A stretch of DNA of 64,000 nt, from the NCBI GenBank assembly GCA_951406725.2, contig OX597828.1, positions 57,970,001 through 58,034,000 of the forward strand. The letters are read 5' to 3'. Source of the stretch: Octopus vulgaris. Its lineage: Eukaryota. Under the pieces are notes generated by a model, which was given only the letters and a program-made list of their open reading frames with translations, was not told where the DNA came from and made no database searches. Of the stretch, positions 26,004 through 40,432 are shown piece after piece. The stretch's first letter is position 1. Each line of letters opens with the position of its first letter. Position numbers and translations under genes: made by a program.

Positions 26004-29000
26004 GTAACTTCTTTTCATATCTTATAAACAGTTGGTAAATTAGGTTGATTCTTCACGAAGAACAGTTCTCAGTATTTTGGGTCTCTTACAGGGAATAACG
26101 GACTTCTTTGTATTATGGGCATAAGGCCTGAAATTTGGGCGGTAATGGGTTACAGAGAATAATGGACTCCTTTTTATTATGAGCAAAAGGCCTGAAATTT
26201 TGGGGTTAGAGGGCCACCACAGTACTTGGCTCGTACATTTTTCATCGAATTTCTTTTATTTCCTATTTTAGGAATTTTATTCATACCAGCCTTTGACTTT
26301 TTTCTGTCCAAAAGAATCTTCAACCCACAATTTACATACTATTATTTACAGCATTTTGCGCTTCTCTTTCAGTTCTCTTGAAAGCTTATGAATTATCATT
26401 GCGTTTAAAATCTATAAATCCTAAAATTATCTTTAATGAATAATCTAAGAAACATTTTTCTGGATTGTTCTAATTCGTATTAAAATTTCATCATTAACTC
26501 TGTCAAATCACAGTAACACTGGACTTTCTAGACATTTTGGTTCTTTTGTGTAATACTTCTAACTATAAAATTTTGTTACTTCTGCTTATGACTTACTTTA
26601 GCTACGGATACATTTTGTATTTTTTTAGTAATAACGGATGTTTTTCAGAGGAATTAAGAAGCCGTCGCACACAAATACTTTTCAATGTTGTTGTCTTAAA
26701 AATTGATATCAACAAATGTAAATTTAACGTTGTACATGAATTTTACATAAATACGTTGATATGATGCGCTGAATGAAGTAGGAAAATATCCCAAATTGAA
26801 CGAAACTTCCCTCTTAATTCCACCATCATCAACCTCTGAACATTACTGCATTCAGTCTTCAGTCTCGGAGCACCGGTTACTCGGTTTCCATGGCGTATAA
26901 GTAACCGACATCATAACATTCTTTCTGAACGGGAAGACTATCCATCGTAGGTTTACTCATTTACATGGACTGGGTTATTGTGAAATGAAGTATTTTACTC
27001 AAGAGCACAACACAACATCCGGTTAGTGAAATGAAACCATGATCTTCCGATCGTCTGTGCAATACCTATTTCTTCACTACCCACAAGAGGCTAAACACAG
27101 AGGGGACAAACACGGACAGACACACGGATTAAGTCGATTATATCGACCCCAGTGCGTAACAGGTACTTAATTTATCAACCCCGAAAAGATGAAAGGCAAA
27201 GTCGACCTCGGCGGAATTTGAACTCAGAACGAGAAGGCAGACGAAATACGACTACGCATTTCACACGGCGCGCTAAAGTTTCTGCCAGCTCGCCGCCTGT
27301 GCAATACCGCTAATCACTAAGCCAAGTAGTTCTTGTTTTTTTTCCACATTTATCGCTCTTTATTAGAGAGAAAAAAAACAAAGACTTAGCTTTGTGAGCG
27401 ACTCTAAAAGAATTGGGAAGATAATATCAAGAAATGTTAGAATTAATCTCCCAAATTTAAATTAACTGCTTGGAGAAAAATTTAAAGCCTGTGTGCAGAC
27501 TGCGATAACTATGAACATGTTTCAGCCTATTAGATACTGTGTGGTCTCTTCAAGCCTGCATGATCAATTGACAATGAAATTCAGATAAAGACAATTTTAC
27601 AACATACTCCTAACGTCATTTTGGATCCCGGCTTTTTGCATTCTATTATTTCTTTTGCTATAGACTCTATTTTCCTCTGACGAAGTAAACATTAGTCTTA
27701 GAACGTCCACTATTGCTCTTCTGTATTCTCCTATTTTATCTGTTCCGATAGTTCTGTTCGATGAACATCGAGACTTACAGATTTTGTTTCTCTCATATTT
27801 GTTCTGCTTGCTTTTTCCTTGGGAAGTTAACAGTGTTTTCAGCTTATGTCCCATTATATTGTGTACACAACTTCTCTAATGTAAAAAACACGAAATGCCA
27901 TTGACTTCGAGTTTATTTGTAACCTTGCAACTGAACATTTTATAGCAAATATATTCTCTATGCTGATAGCAACAACCTTTAAATTGCAAAAACATGTTTT
28001 ATGCGGAATTGTGTGAAGATAACATCTGTTCTCACTTCTAATGCAATATTTCTGTAAATATGAATGTATAGTTAAGATGATTGTATTTAAAGACAACTGG
28101 TAATTTGCATGAAACACATTAAGTGGATTGTGCAGAGGAGAAGTAAATAATGTATGAAATAGATTCAACCAAGCTTCTTTATTCGACTGCCGCATTGTGA
28201 ATTGATCCGTGAAAATGTTTTAATCTTCTTACACTCTGTCGAAGAGTTAATTTGGCCGAGTGAATATAGTATAGGAATACCTATTTCTTTACTACCCACA
28301 AGGGGCTAAACACAGAGGAGACAAACAAGGACAGACAGGCGGATTAGGTCGATTATATCGACCCCATTGCGTAACTGGTACTTAAGACGGCGAGCTGGGA
28401 GAGACGTTAGCACGCCGGGCGAAATGCGTAGCCGTATTTCGTCTGCCTTCTCGTTCTGAGTTCAAATTCCGCCGAGGTCGACTTTGCCTTTCATCCTTTC
28501 GGGGTTGATTAAATAAGTACCAGTTACGCACTGGGGTCGATATAATCGACTTCATCTGCTTGTCTGTCCTCGTTTGTCCCCTCTGTGTTTTGCCCCTTGT
28601 GGGTAGTAAAGAAATAGGTACTTAATTTATCGACCCGGAAAGGATGAAAGGCAAAGTCGACCTCGGCGGAATTTGAACTCAGAACGTAGCGGTAGACGAA
28701 ATACCGCTAAGTATTTCGCCCGGCGTGCTAACGTTTCTGCCAGCTCGCCGCCTTGATTAGTTAATATATTAACGCTTTCCTGATAACACCCACACATTGC
28801 TTTAGCCAAGTATTGTTCGGAGTTGGAAATTCCAAAATGTTCCCTGGGAAACTTTTTGTGTCTTCCTAAAATTTATCTGAAATTTAAGTTATTACTTTGT
28901 CTTTTGCCTGATGTTTAAAATTTGATTCCACTTCATTCTCGATTCCAGTTTCATTTAGATATACTTTGTGTATATTGTACAAGTGTTTTATTAGAATACT

Positions 29001-29444
29001 GTGGCTCTTGTGAATGGCTGATCATTTTCTTTCGTTTATTTTGAAGATTAGTTCTGGCTCGCATGTCATTGATCCACCTTCATAAAAGATAAAGACTCTT
29101 CCTAAAGAGAAGAATTTGCTTACTTTGTAGGGGTGCACTCCAACTCACAGTTTTTAACTTTTCAATAACAGGATGTGTTCCGTTGAGTCACTTTCGTTCG
29201 TTTTTTTTTTTTTTTCTAATCAAAGAAGTTTGCTCTTTCCTCATCGACCTCTGTCTGGTTCTCATTTTCATAAGTTTATGGACTAGTGATACTAATGATG
29301 CCTTGGGTTTGTACTTCCTGGCTTGAACTGGCCTAGTAGTTTCGTATTAACTGTTGTTGTATGCTGTGGTGATTCTCTTTGTCTTCGCCGATTGTAGCCT
29401 AAGAAAATGTTTTGTGATTCCATAACACATTCCTGATAATAACG

Positions 29445-29890
29445 ACAGTGCTCCCACTGCGTGCGTCTCAAATAGCCTCTGACAGTCAAGTCCAACTCCT
29501 GGCCTTCCCGCGGCGAAACTGTTCCCACTGACAGGAGAAGGGGCAAAGGCGAGTCACTGGCGCCTTAAAACCAGTTGCTTCGGGTAGTTGGGACTCGATA
29601 GCCTTGACTGGCAGCCCAACTAGGAGAGGGAAACTCCATTTCAAACCTCCGCTGCCCTGCGGCAAGACCCCCTCATGGGGAAGGCTAAGGGAGTAAACCC
29701 CGACAGAAAATCCGGAGCTGGAGTCCCTAAGGCGGCCTGACACAACACGTCATCACCGGCAACTCCTGCGACGCATCTGGTACCAAGCTGTATCGACCCG
29801 TCGTGCCCTTGGAGCTACCAGCTGAGTGGAGAGGGGGGATCAAACTGCATGGGAAACAGCTGATCCCTCATACAAACCTGCCTAGGCCTT
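29445..29890 (+). mobile_element. GC-rich repeat resembling an RTE-type 5' UTR
   Basis: GC-rich island with ggagagggaaactc and ggagtaaacccc motifs. The 3' part is similar to 63080-63180. Family assignment is from recollection only. Confidence 0.45.
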
Positions 29891-31389
29891 GTAGCTCTCT
29901 CGATACGGACGGATGCCGACGACGACGAATCTCATTCGTCGAGTCACTGGATGTGTGTGGCCACGCCCTTGAACCGAGAGCCGTCATAAATTTTTGAATT
30001 TGTTCGTTTGAAATTTTTGTGCAGAAAATTTTTAGCTGAGCTTTAAGGTTTTCCTTTGAGCACCTTCGACATGACATCGTTATAATATTGTTTTGTATGT
30101 CCCCGAAGATCCTATCGTACTATATATATCGCCAAAAATTACATCTGCACTTAAAATATTGCACCACGAAGGTAATTACTAACCAGAGACCGAAATCATC
30201 ACTGATGTGTGAAGGTAACCTATGTGTTGCTCCTTCCCAAATACTGCGGGGCCAGTTTATAGGCAGGTGTATTGCGCACTATCTGATATATTCCCGCCTT
30301 GTCTATTTTAAAGATGTCACATTTAGTACTATATGCCTTCCGTGTTCCAGTGTAAAATTATTCAGTTATTACATCTTCCAGGATTGTTCTTAATTCGTGT
30401 TTGCTTTGGACAACTAAACCTGCTATGTACTCAGCGAGTGCGTTGCAAGTTTACTTCTCACGGTCCTCTATGATTAATTATGAAAGGCTGGCTCTAGTTC
30501 ACTAAATTTTGCCTGAGTTGTGATATTTCAGGTGTGGTGCAATATTTTCCAGTTGGACAAAACACTAAAATCGAACTGATCTGTGCATGCATGCTATTGC
30601 TATTGTTTTCCACAAGATTTCTATTCGTGTAAGTTAAATTATCTATATTTATTTTCACATATTGTATATAATCTATTACGGAGATGTACTTGCATAGCGA
30701 GTGACTTGATCTGAGATATTTTGCTGGAACGAAAACAACTGCAGCGTGGAAGGTGTCTATAAGCCATTTAAGAAACACACAAAAACCGTTAGATTCACTT
30801 CAACATTTAAATTTAATTTGTCAAAATATTTTCGTCGCTTTGAGACCGCGATCTGTTCACTGACAAAACTTATATAGATTATATAGTTATATAATCTATA
30901 TTTTGCGTTAAAAGTAAATACACTTTCTGCTCTTTTCCCCCGCTGACTTGTAAGTAAAAGATAAAGCTTCCTAGAAATAACATGCAAATATAATTCTTTC
31001 TTTCTCAAACGCTAAGAAGAGAGACTGCAACCAACAGGGAGTTCTCCGTTTGCGAGTGATTTGGTTGAAAATAAAAACTATTTCAACGAGCAAAATGTTC
31101 TTTTTCGGAGCGAGTTGTGAACATACATTCACATGTGTCTGCAGTGAATTACAACAACACCACCATCATCATCAACAACAACAGTAATGACAATAATCCT
31201 TTCTGGTATAGGCACAAGGCCTGAAATTTAGGCGGGGAGGGACTTGTCGATTACATCGACCCCAGTGTTTCACTGCTACTTAATTTATCGACCCCGAAAG
31301 GATGAAAGGTAAAAATCGGAGGAATTTGAATTCAGGACGTAAGGACGGACGAAATGCTGCTAAGATTTATGTCCGGCGTCTTAATGATG

Positions 31390-31444
<55 letters not shown>

Positions 31445-31949
31445 TCTCAAAATAATGTACATTGTTTTGTCTTGGTATAAAAGATGGGCTACAGCAAATA
31501 TTCTGCTCAATACCATAGATTTGCTTGTCAGTTGTTTGACCTTAACCAGTTGAGCATGTCCCTTAGTGGCTGACGATATGTGCATCTCTGATCACGAGGA
31601 GAAGTAGTGTGGGAGCATCATAGCCATGTGTTGAGAGGGATTCTTTGGGGTTTCAATAATTCACCTCTGGAAACATGGGTGGTTCTTTCAACATCCTTAA
31701 ACAACCCTTATTCAGGGACCGCTTGAGCGGGATGGGCTACTCAACCTGAAGAAAATTCTAACTGGGCCCCACCTGCAAGGTCATGTGCTGTTTATCTTGA
31801 TATGAGATCACCATGTCGCGCACATATGGTTGTGATGCATGTGCCTGGTGTGCCCTTATCAGACGGGTAGTCATGATGGGTATATTGGGCTTCGTATATT
31901 TTACCCTAGTGTCACTTTGATGGCATGAACTGCTCTCTCACTCAATAAT

Positions 31950-33650
31950 AATAATTGAATACTGAATTGATCGGAAGAAAACAAAGACTGATAAAAGTGA
32001 ACATCAGACGTGGAATATTCCAAGGGGACAGCTTGTCTTCATTGTTATTCATATTGGCTATGACGCCGCTCACTATGATACTACTACGGAAAGTTAAAAA
32101 AGCTTACGATTTGGGAAAAGGAAATGGTCAGATAAATCAACTCTTTTCTTGGATGATATAAAGGTTTAGGCGAAAAATGAGAAACAGCTTGAAAGCCTTG
32201 TACATACAACCCGCATTTTCTCAAATGATGGAGTTATGGAATTTAGGATTTTGAAAGTGAAACGAGGAAGATTTGAAGGAAGCCTGTGAAGTGTAATACC
32301 AAATAGGGAAACAATGAGTAAACAACGATAGTGAGAAAATTATTGCAGTCAAAGCTCTGAATTCAAAAAGTGTTATTGAAGCAATAAATTCAAGCGCAGT
32401 ACTCTTAATCAGTTATAGAGTTGAAATTATAGACTGGACCAAAAACGATATGAAGAAAGTTGACTGAAAAAATAGAAAGTTGTTGGCAATGTATGGAGCC
32501 TACCATCCGAAAGTTGATATCAACCGGTTGTACTTGAAGACAGACCAGGGTGGAAGAGGCTTAATAGCAATAGAAGAATGTGTACAGATGGGGAAAAATA
32601 GCATAGTAGAGTATTTACAGAGCAACACAGAAAAAAACTACTAAAGGCAGTAAATAAAGAAGAGGTGATGAAGCGCGTAGTATGAGAAAAGGACAAGAAG
32701 GAAGTACAAAGAGAGCAAGTCAGACAAATTGAAGAGAAACTTCTGCATGGCCAGTTTTGTAGAGCCACTGAAGATACATTCTCTCCATATATATTTTTCT
32801 CGATTTGCTTGTTTTTATCGCTTGATCTTGGCTGATTTTTTTAAAATTGCCCCTTTTTTAAAACCAAATTCAGGAATAAAATCCTGAATTTGGTTTTAAA
32901 AAAGGAGCAATTTTAAAAAAATCAGCCAAGATCAAGCGATAAAAACAAGCAAATCGAGAAAAATATATATGGAGAGAATGTATCAGAAAAATGTAGAGCC
33001 TGTGGAACTTGGAACGATATAGTGGAGCACATTTTGGTAGAATGTCCTAAGTTGGCACTAGAAGAATGTAAGAAATGGGGGCACGACCGGGTGGTAAAAG
33101 CTTTACACTGGAAACTGTGCCAGAAATGAGGATTTGAAGCTGGAAACACATGGTAAAATTATCGAATCGAAAGAGTACGGGAGACAAAAATGTAAGATTT
33201 TGTTGTACTTTCCTATTCAAACGGAGACGTTAAAAAATGATAGACCTGACATAACAATTATAGATAAGTAAAAGCGAAGTTGCTTACTAATCGATTCATC
33301 ATACCCGTTTGGATCGGAAAGAAAGAGGACGAAAAACAAAAAAATATACAATCTAAAAATTTGAAATAGGAAGAATTTAGAGTATGAGAACTGTAAAGGT
33401 CGCGCCTATAATAATTGATATGTTCGGAACAGTAAGCAAAGCTGTAGACAAGTAGCCGAAGTAGAGCGAAATAAAATGCCCTCTACAGCTCCTACAGAAA
33501 GTTGGTCTCTTAGGCACAGCAATGATTATTAAGAGGGTTCTAGGCACTTGAAAGACAGCTGAAACTTGTGGGTACCTAAGGTTACAGTTAGTAACTCGCT
33601 ACCCACGTAAATCCTACCAGGAATAAGACCGAACCTGAGTCAAACCAAAT
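31950..33650 (+). mobile_element. Decayed 5'-truncated R4/Dong-type non-LTR retrotransposon (RT, CCHC, restriction-like endonuclease)
   Basis: RRGIFQGDSLSSLLF; YHPKVDINRLYL...GGRGL; CRACG...EHILVECPKL...HDRV; RPDITII...LID; LQKVGLLGT. Many stops and frameshifts. Flanked by (TAA)n, the known Dong target. Confidence 0.85.
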
Positions 33651-33879
33651 AATAATAATAATAATGATTTCAAATTTTGGCACAAGGCCAGCAATTTCGA
33701 GGAAGTGGTAAGACAATTCCATCGACCCCAGTGTTCGACAGCCCCCTTTTTTTATCGACCCCGAAAGAATAAAAGACAAAGTCGACCTCGCTGGAATTTG
33801 AACTCAGAACGTAAAGACGGACGAAATGCGCTGAGCATTTTAACCGGTGTGCTAACGATTCTGCCATCTCATCACTTAA

Positions 33880-33897
33880 TAATAATAATAATAATAA

Positions 33898-33928
<31 letters not shown>

Positions 33929-34112
33929 AAGAAGAAGAAGAAGAAGAAGAAAAGAAGAAGAAGAAGAAATAGAAGAAGAAGAAGAAGAAGAAGAAGAAGA
34001 AGAAGAAGAAGAAATAGAAGAAGAAGAAGAAGAAGAAGAAGAAGAAGAAGAAGAAGAAGAAGAAGAAGAAGAAGAAGAAGAAGAAAAAGAAGAAGAAGAA
34101 GAAGAAGAAGAA
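33880..34112. repeat. (TAA)n/(GAA)n microsatellite
   Basis: Read directly; it produces the spurious poly-R/E ORF. Confidence 0.97.
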
Positions 34113-34378
34113 GTTTTTGGTCGTTATTTATAATATTTCGTTAGAGCACTGATTTTAGATCCGTATTATATTTCATAACTCCATTGGTTCTACGTTTCTT
34201 TCAATTTTATACTTTTAAAACTCTGAACTAAATAAATCTTCATTTCTTCTACTTTACTTCACTTACGTCTGTGGATAATAGCGATGGAAGCTCTGCCCAA
34301 TCCTCCTACTTATCCGTCAGTAAACTCAAAGAAACTCAAATAAATATGATTAATACAAAAATTGTCTGCCAGTTTTTC

Positions 34379-34418
<40 letters not shown>

Positions 34419-34560
34419 AAACATACACACATGCATACACACACATATATGTATATATACATACATACATACAAGTATATACATATATATGCATACATAT
34501 ACATACAGATATAAACATACATACATGTATATACATACTTACGCACATATATATATATAC

Positions 34561-34625
<65 letters not shown>

Positions 34626-34755
34626 ATGTTATATATATGTGTGTGCGTGTGATTCAGTTAATAGCGGTAAAGCATGCCAGTGTTATATACATATATATAT
34701 ATAAAAATAATAATAACATATATATATATAAAAATAAATCCTGGGGTCGATTTTC

Positions 34756-34800
<45 letters not shown>

Positions 34801-34985
34801 TTTTACTTATTTGTCATTTGGCTGTGGACATGCTGGAGTACTGCCTTTAGTCGAGAAAATCGACCTCAGGATTTATTTTTTGTAAGCCTAGTACTTATTC
34901 TATCGGTGCCTTTGCCGAACTGCTATTTTACGGGGACGTAAACACACCAGCATCGGTTGTCAAGCGATGTTGGGGGGAAATACAC

Positions 34986-35034
<49 letters not shown>

Positions 35035-35349
35035 ACAGGCTTCTTTCAGTTTCCGTCAACTAAATCCACTCACAAGGCTTTTGTCGGCCCGGGGCTATAG
35101 CAGAAGACACTTGCCCTAGATGCCGCGCAGTTGGACTGAACCCGGAACCATGTTGGTAAGCAAGCTACTTACCACACAGCCACTCCTGCACCTATGTATG
35201 TATGTAGGTATGTATGTATATGTATATATATATATATATACATACATACATACAAGTATATACATATATATGCATACATATACATACAGATATAAACATA
35301 CATACATGTATATACATACTTACGCACATATATATATATACATAAATAT

Positions 35350-35388
<39 letters not shown>

Positions 35389-36009
35389 ATGTTATATATA
35401 TGTGTGTGCGTGTGATTCAGTTAATAGCGGTAAAGCTGCCAGTGTTATATACATATATATATATAAAAATAATAATAACATATATATATATATAAATATA
35501 TATATATATATGTATGTATGTATTTATATGCGTGTGTGTGATGTGTGTGTATTATATATAATCAAGTTTTCAATAAAACGTACAATTGTTTAACTTTCTA
35601 AATCATACGGTGTTTGGCTGTTAAACTGAAATCTCCTTGAGGTGATTATCGCTAAACACCTGTTCTTACACATAAATAAATTATGCATTAAAATCGAACG
35701 AAACGACCGAGTTAATCGTTGTCTTACATCTCTTACATTTGTTCACCTTTCATAACATAGTCATTACATGATTCTATAAACTTGAATACTTGTACAAGTC
35801 AATGGACTGGATTTGCGCGAAACGTAATACGTTAGTCTCTGAAGTCATCGTCCGTACACACATTTGTACACACATTTGCTCATACAATGATACATCTCCT
35901 ATGTCGTCGTTAGACATGCTAGAAATAGCAGCGATATCCTTTCAAATTTAACCCCGTCATCTCAAAACTGTAAAGGACACATTGAAACATTGAATTATAT
36001 AGTTCTAGA

Positions 36010-36240
36010 TAGGGCGGCAGCTGGCAGAAACGTTAGCACGCCGGACGAAATGCTTTGCGGTATTTCGTCTGCCGTTACGTTCTGAGTTCAAATTATGCCG
36101 AGGTTGACTTTGCCTTTCATCCTTTCGGGGTCGATAAATTAAGTACCAGTTACGCACTGGGGTCGATGTAATCGACTTAATCAGTTTGTTTGTCCTTGTT
36201 TGTCCCCTCTGTGTTTGGCCCCCTGTGGGCAGTAAAGAAA
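36010..36240 (+). mobile_element. SINE family M (representative copy)
   Basis: ggcggcagctggcagaaacgttagc...gagttcaaatt...gcctttcatcctttcggggtcgataaattaagtaccag. Further copies at about 795-1260, 3100-3325, 14970-15200, 22210-22640, 27065-27300, 28280-28755, 31200-31385, 33665-33875, 63765-63918. Confidence 0.85.
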
Positions 36241-37388
36241 TATATATAGTTCGAGATCCAACATAGTCTGAAATAAAAGATATCATGCCTTTTATTTTCT
36301 GTCTGGTTATTTAGGCATGACCTTTATGTTAAAGAAATGCAATAAACATGTTTTCGTCACTTAAAGCCACACCACTCTTTTTGTACCTAATATTTATGCG
36401 GTTTTCACCATAAGATTCCGCTCACGGAGCTCTTTTACTTACACTTTACTTTTATAGTTTTCTTTAACAGTAGTTGCGTTACTTAATATGATTCCTCTCA
36501 TAAAGCTCTTTAATATACACATTACTTTTGTACGCCTTTCTTTAACAATAGCTGAGATATTTTCATTCTGGGAATTACCATTATTTCGGGACAACTTTTT
36601 TCTGTATCAAATATTTATTGATGCGGTTTTCACCATAAGATTCCTCTCTCAGAACTCTTTAATATTAACAGTACTTTTGTACATTATTCTTTAATAGTAG
36701 CTGAGATATTTTCATTGAAGGAGCTACTTATCGTTCTTTTGTTACTTAGACTCATAGAAATTTTTGTATAAAGTATTTTGATTCCTTTGCAATAGCAAGA
36801 ACTCCATCTTGCTCTTGCACCCCTCCTTCACTAATACCACAGATCCATAGGTCGGATTGTTTGACAATTCTAAACTGTTCACAATGGTTATTATCCTCAG
36901 CAATCTTCGTTCCAAATTGACATCTCAACTCAGCAAATACTCCGAAGATCAGAGCTAACCTGGAGCACAAAAAGAATTAAACAAAGCACAGATACGCACA
37001 CACATACGAACCAACGAGAAATCTTTTACATGGTGACTTGACCTGCTAAGAAAAATAACTATATCCCCCTCAAACCATCTCCCGTCTTAAATATAGGAAG
37101 AACACGTTAGATAATGTAGTCCTAGATACTTTAAATAAACGGGATGGTCACGGATGGAATACCTTTAATCCTAGATCTACTGGATGCGGGTTAACCAGGG
37201 AGTAAACGGACAACTACAACAACTACACTACTACATTCACACACACGTACATACACACCTCCCACATAGACACAAGCACGCATACATACACCAGCACACA
37301 CATACACACACGCATACAGCAACACACACACACACTCACACATCTGAAAACATTTAATCTAACAACCAATTTCTATTTTATTCTGCAG

Positions 37389-37676
37389 GAGAGATTCTAA
37401 TATCAGACGAACTCTCCAGAGAACCGCTTCGTGAAGAATACTCGTTGAATATTTTGGCTGAAGATTCTGGAAATCCTAAGAAAAGTAGCCAAGTTCAAGT
37501 AAAAATCAAAGTCCCTTTGAACAAGCCACCATCCCTTCCAAAAAGACATCAATTTGAAGTGGCCGAAAATGTGAGAATTGGCACCATTATTGGATCCATC
37601 GAAGCGGAAGACGAAGAAATAGAGACCGGAAGTGATTTTGGTAATAACTTCGAATATCGTCTGACCAGTGAAACAG
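37389..37676 (+). CDS. Cadherin exon C (288 nt, phase 1->1)
   Basis: ttctgcag|GA ... ACAG|gtaagg. GEILISDELSREPLREEYSLNILAEDSGNPKKSS...FEVAENVRIGTIIGSIEAEDEE (AxDxGxP and VxEN motifs). Confidence 0.92.
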
Positions 37677-37784
37677 GTAAGGTAACAGTCATGGTGTTAT
37701 TGTAATTTCGTGTCTTTGTTTCGGTTGTTGTTGCTGTTTAATCTTTGATTAGTCTTGGTTAAGTAGATTAATCATCAAAGAATA

Positions 37785-38190
37785 GGCGCGGGGGTGGCTG
37801 TGGGATAAGTAGCTTGCTTACCAACCACATGGTTCTGGGTTGAGTCCCACTGCGTGGCACCTTGGGCAAGTGTCTTCTGCTATAGCCTTGGGCCGACCAA
37901 AGCCTTGTGAGTGGATTTGGTAGACGGAAACTGAAAGAAGCCCGGCGTATATATGTTTATGCATATATATGTGTGTGTATTTGTATGTCTGTGTTTGATC
38001 CCCCCCACCATCGTTTGACAACCGATGCTGGCGTGTTCACATCCCCGTAACTTAGCGGTTCGACAAAAGAGACCGATAGAATAAGTTACTAGGCTTACAA
38101 AGAATAAGTCCTGGGGTCGATTTGCTCGACTAACGGTGGTACTCCAGCATGGCCGCAGTCAAATGACTGAAACAAGTAAAAGAGTAAAAT
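37785..38190 (+). mobile_element. tRNA-derived CORE-like SINE family C (representative copy)
   Basis: A/B-box-like gtggctgtgggataag...gggttgagtccc plus ccttgggcaagtg. Copies at about 4415-5355 (interrupted), 17935-18085, 34800-35190, 40025-40590, 43675-44080, 47500-47870, 61440-61790. Confidence 0.85.
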
Positions 38191-39063
38191 ACAAGACGAT
38201 CAGTTAATTATGATTTCATTCAACAGATCCCCCCCCCTCTCAGGTTCACACGCTTATTGCAGTGGTTCTTCAGTTTTAACTCCTGTAAAATAACTGACAA
38301 GGTTGGACCTGAAACCAGGTCATTCGCGACACCTTGAAAGCCAGGGACGTTTCAGCACTCCCCTCGTATACAACGGGGATCCACACAGTTTCTATCTACC
38401 AATTTCAATAGTAAGGCATTGATCAGGCTGGAGCTATAGTAGAAGATACTAGAAGTGCTACACATTGGGACTGAACCCGAAACCAAGTGGCTTCAAAGCG
38501 CGCTTCTTAACCACAAAGCCATACCTGTTGATTTTTTTTTTTTAGGGGTTTTTTTGCATTTGTTTATCTTCATTGTTATTATTACTGTTGCTTTTGAACT
38601 CATTTTTCTTATTTTAAAAAATGCTTTTTATTTCCAAGATTACAAACAAGTTTTTTTCTTTTTTTTTTGTGGCGACCTAACCGCTTATAAGCAACAACTT
38701 ATATAAAACATTTCAGTTTGTTATCACCACTGAGCTTTTGTTTATATTCCAGAGGTATTTTCGATTAAATTTCTGCAATAAACTTTCTTATCTCTTATAT
38801 ATTTTGTACTGAAAGACCAATATTTCAGAAAGTTACCAACAACTTATGTGTCTGTTTAGAATTTAGTATTCCCAACAGAAATGAAGCTTAGACTGTAATT
38901 GAGAACAGACGGAAAAAGTACTGAATAACTAATCACATACTATGTGTCACTAATTCCAGTGAAATGGTTGTACATATGCTGGGCCATACTATCAAGCATG
39001 TGTCTGTATACATATACACACACAGACATATATATGTATATGTATAATATATATAAATATATG

Positions 39064-39099
<36 letters not shown>

Positions 39100-39767
39100 T
39101 ACCTACATATATATGTATATGTACATGCATACATGGGTACAGGACATTCAAAAATGTTGAACACAATGAAAAACGAAAACATAAAGACAAAAGCATAGAA
39201 AACGAACTTTTTTTCGAACAAAGAAAAAAAACAAACTGAGGAACGAGACATGCAACATGAAGAATATCCCCCTTCATCAGTTGTCCCTGTTTCATCTACT
39301 CCGCGTTTTGAAGGCAAGGACAATACGCGACTTCGTTGAAACAGTCCTTCCCGTAAGGCAAATTAAATAAAATTTGGGATTTTTTGCGGAAGGTGAAAAT
39401 GGTAACAAGAACAGGGCAGTGAGAACAGGACAGTGAGAACAAACGGTGAGGGTTGTAAGTGAAGACGATAGTAAAATTATTATGAACGCGAGGAGGACGA
39501 GCTTATGTGTTGTCTTTAGGAAAGAAATGGACAAAAGATAGATTCCCTTTCGTCACGTGTCAGTGACGAGGGAGTGAAGGAAAGGGAAACTTGAAGAGGA
39601 GAGGAGAAGTATAGAGAAAGGTGGAAGAGAAAACCAGAAAGGATGAAGAACAAGAGGGGGAGAGTGATGTTCTTGTTACCATTTTCACCCTCTGCAAAAA
39701 ATGTATGTAAGTCTGTATGTATGTATGTATGTATGTATTTATGTATGTATGTATGTATTTATGTATG

Positions 39768-39798
<31 letters not shown>

Positions 39799-39819
39799 GT
39801 ATGTATGTATGTATGTATG

Positions 39820-39852
<33 letters not shown>

Positions 39853-40361
39853 CTATCTGTATGTATGTATGTATGTATGTATGTATGTATGTATGTATGT
39901 ATGTATGTATGTCTATCTGTCTGTATGTATGTACTCCATAAGACTACGTGAGAGGGTTATTTAAATTAGATTGGTAAGTTCAAGCTACTACTTTTCAATT
40001 CATTAATTTATGTTTGTGTTTATGACTGAGTGGCAGTGTGGTAAGAAGCTTGCTTCCCAACCACAGGGTTCTGGGTTCAGTCCCACTGCGCGGCACATGT
40101 GTCTGTGTTTGTTCACTCACCATATTGTCCTCATTGTTTGTTAATGTCTTTTGTGCCCCATTCGATGTATTAAAATGTTTAACCAACTCATTCGTTATAT
40201 ATGACCCCCAGATCATATTGTACTGCCCCCTCTGTGTACGTCTGTATAGATAGTAAAAAAAATGTCACCATCACTTGACAACCGATGTTGGTTTGTTTAG
40301 GTCCCCCGTAGCCTAGGAGTTCGGCAAAAGAGACTTATAGAATAAGTACTAGGCTTACAAA

Positions 40362-40432
<71 letters not shown>

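Noticed and set aside
33705-34133. 142-aa ORF with poly-Arg/poly-Glu
   Set aside because: SINE plus (TAA)n(GAA)n read-through.
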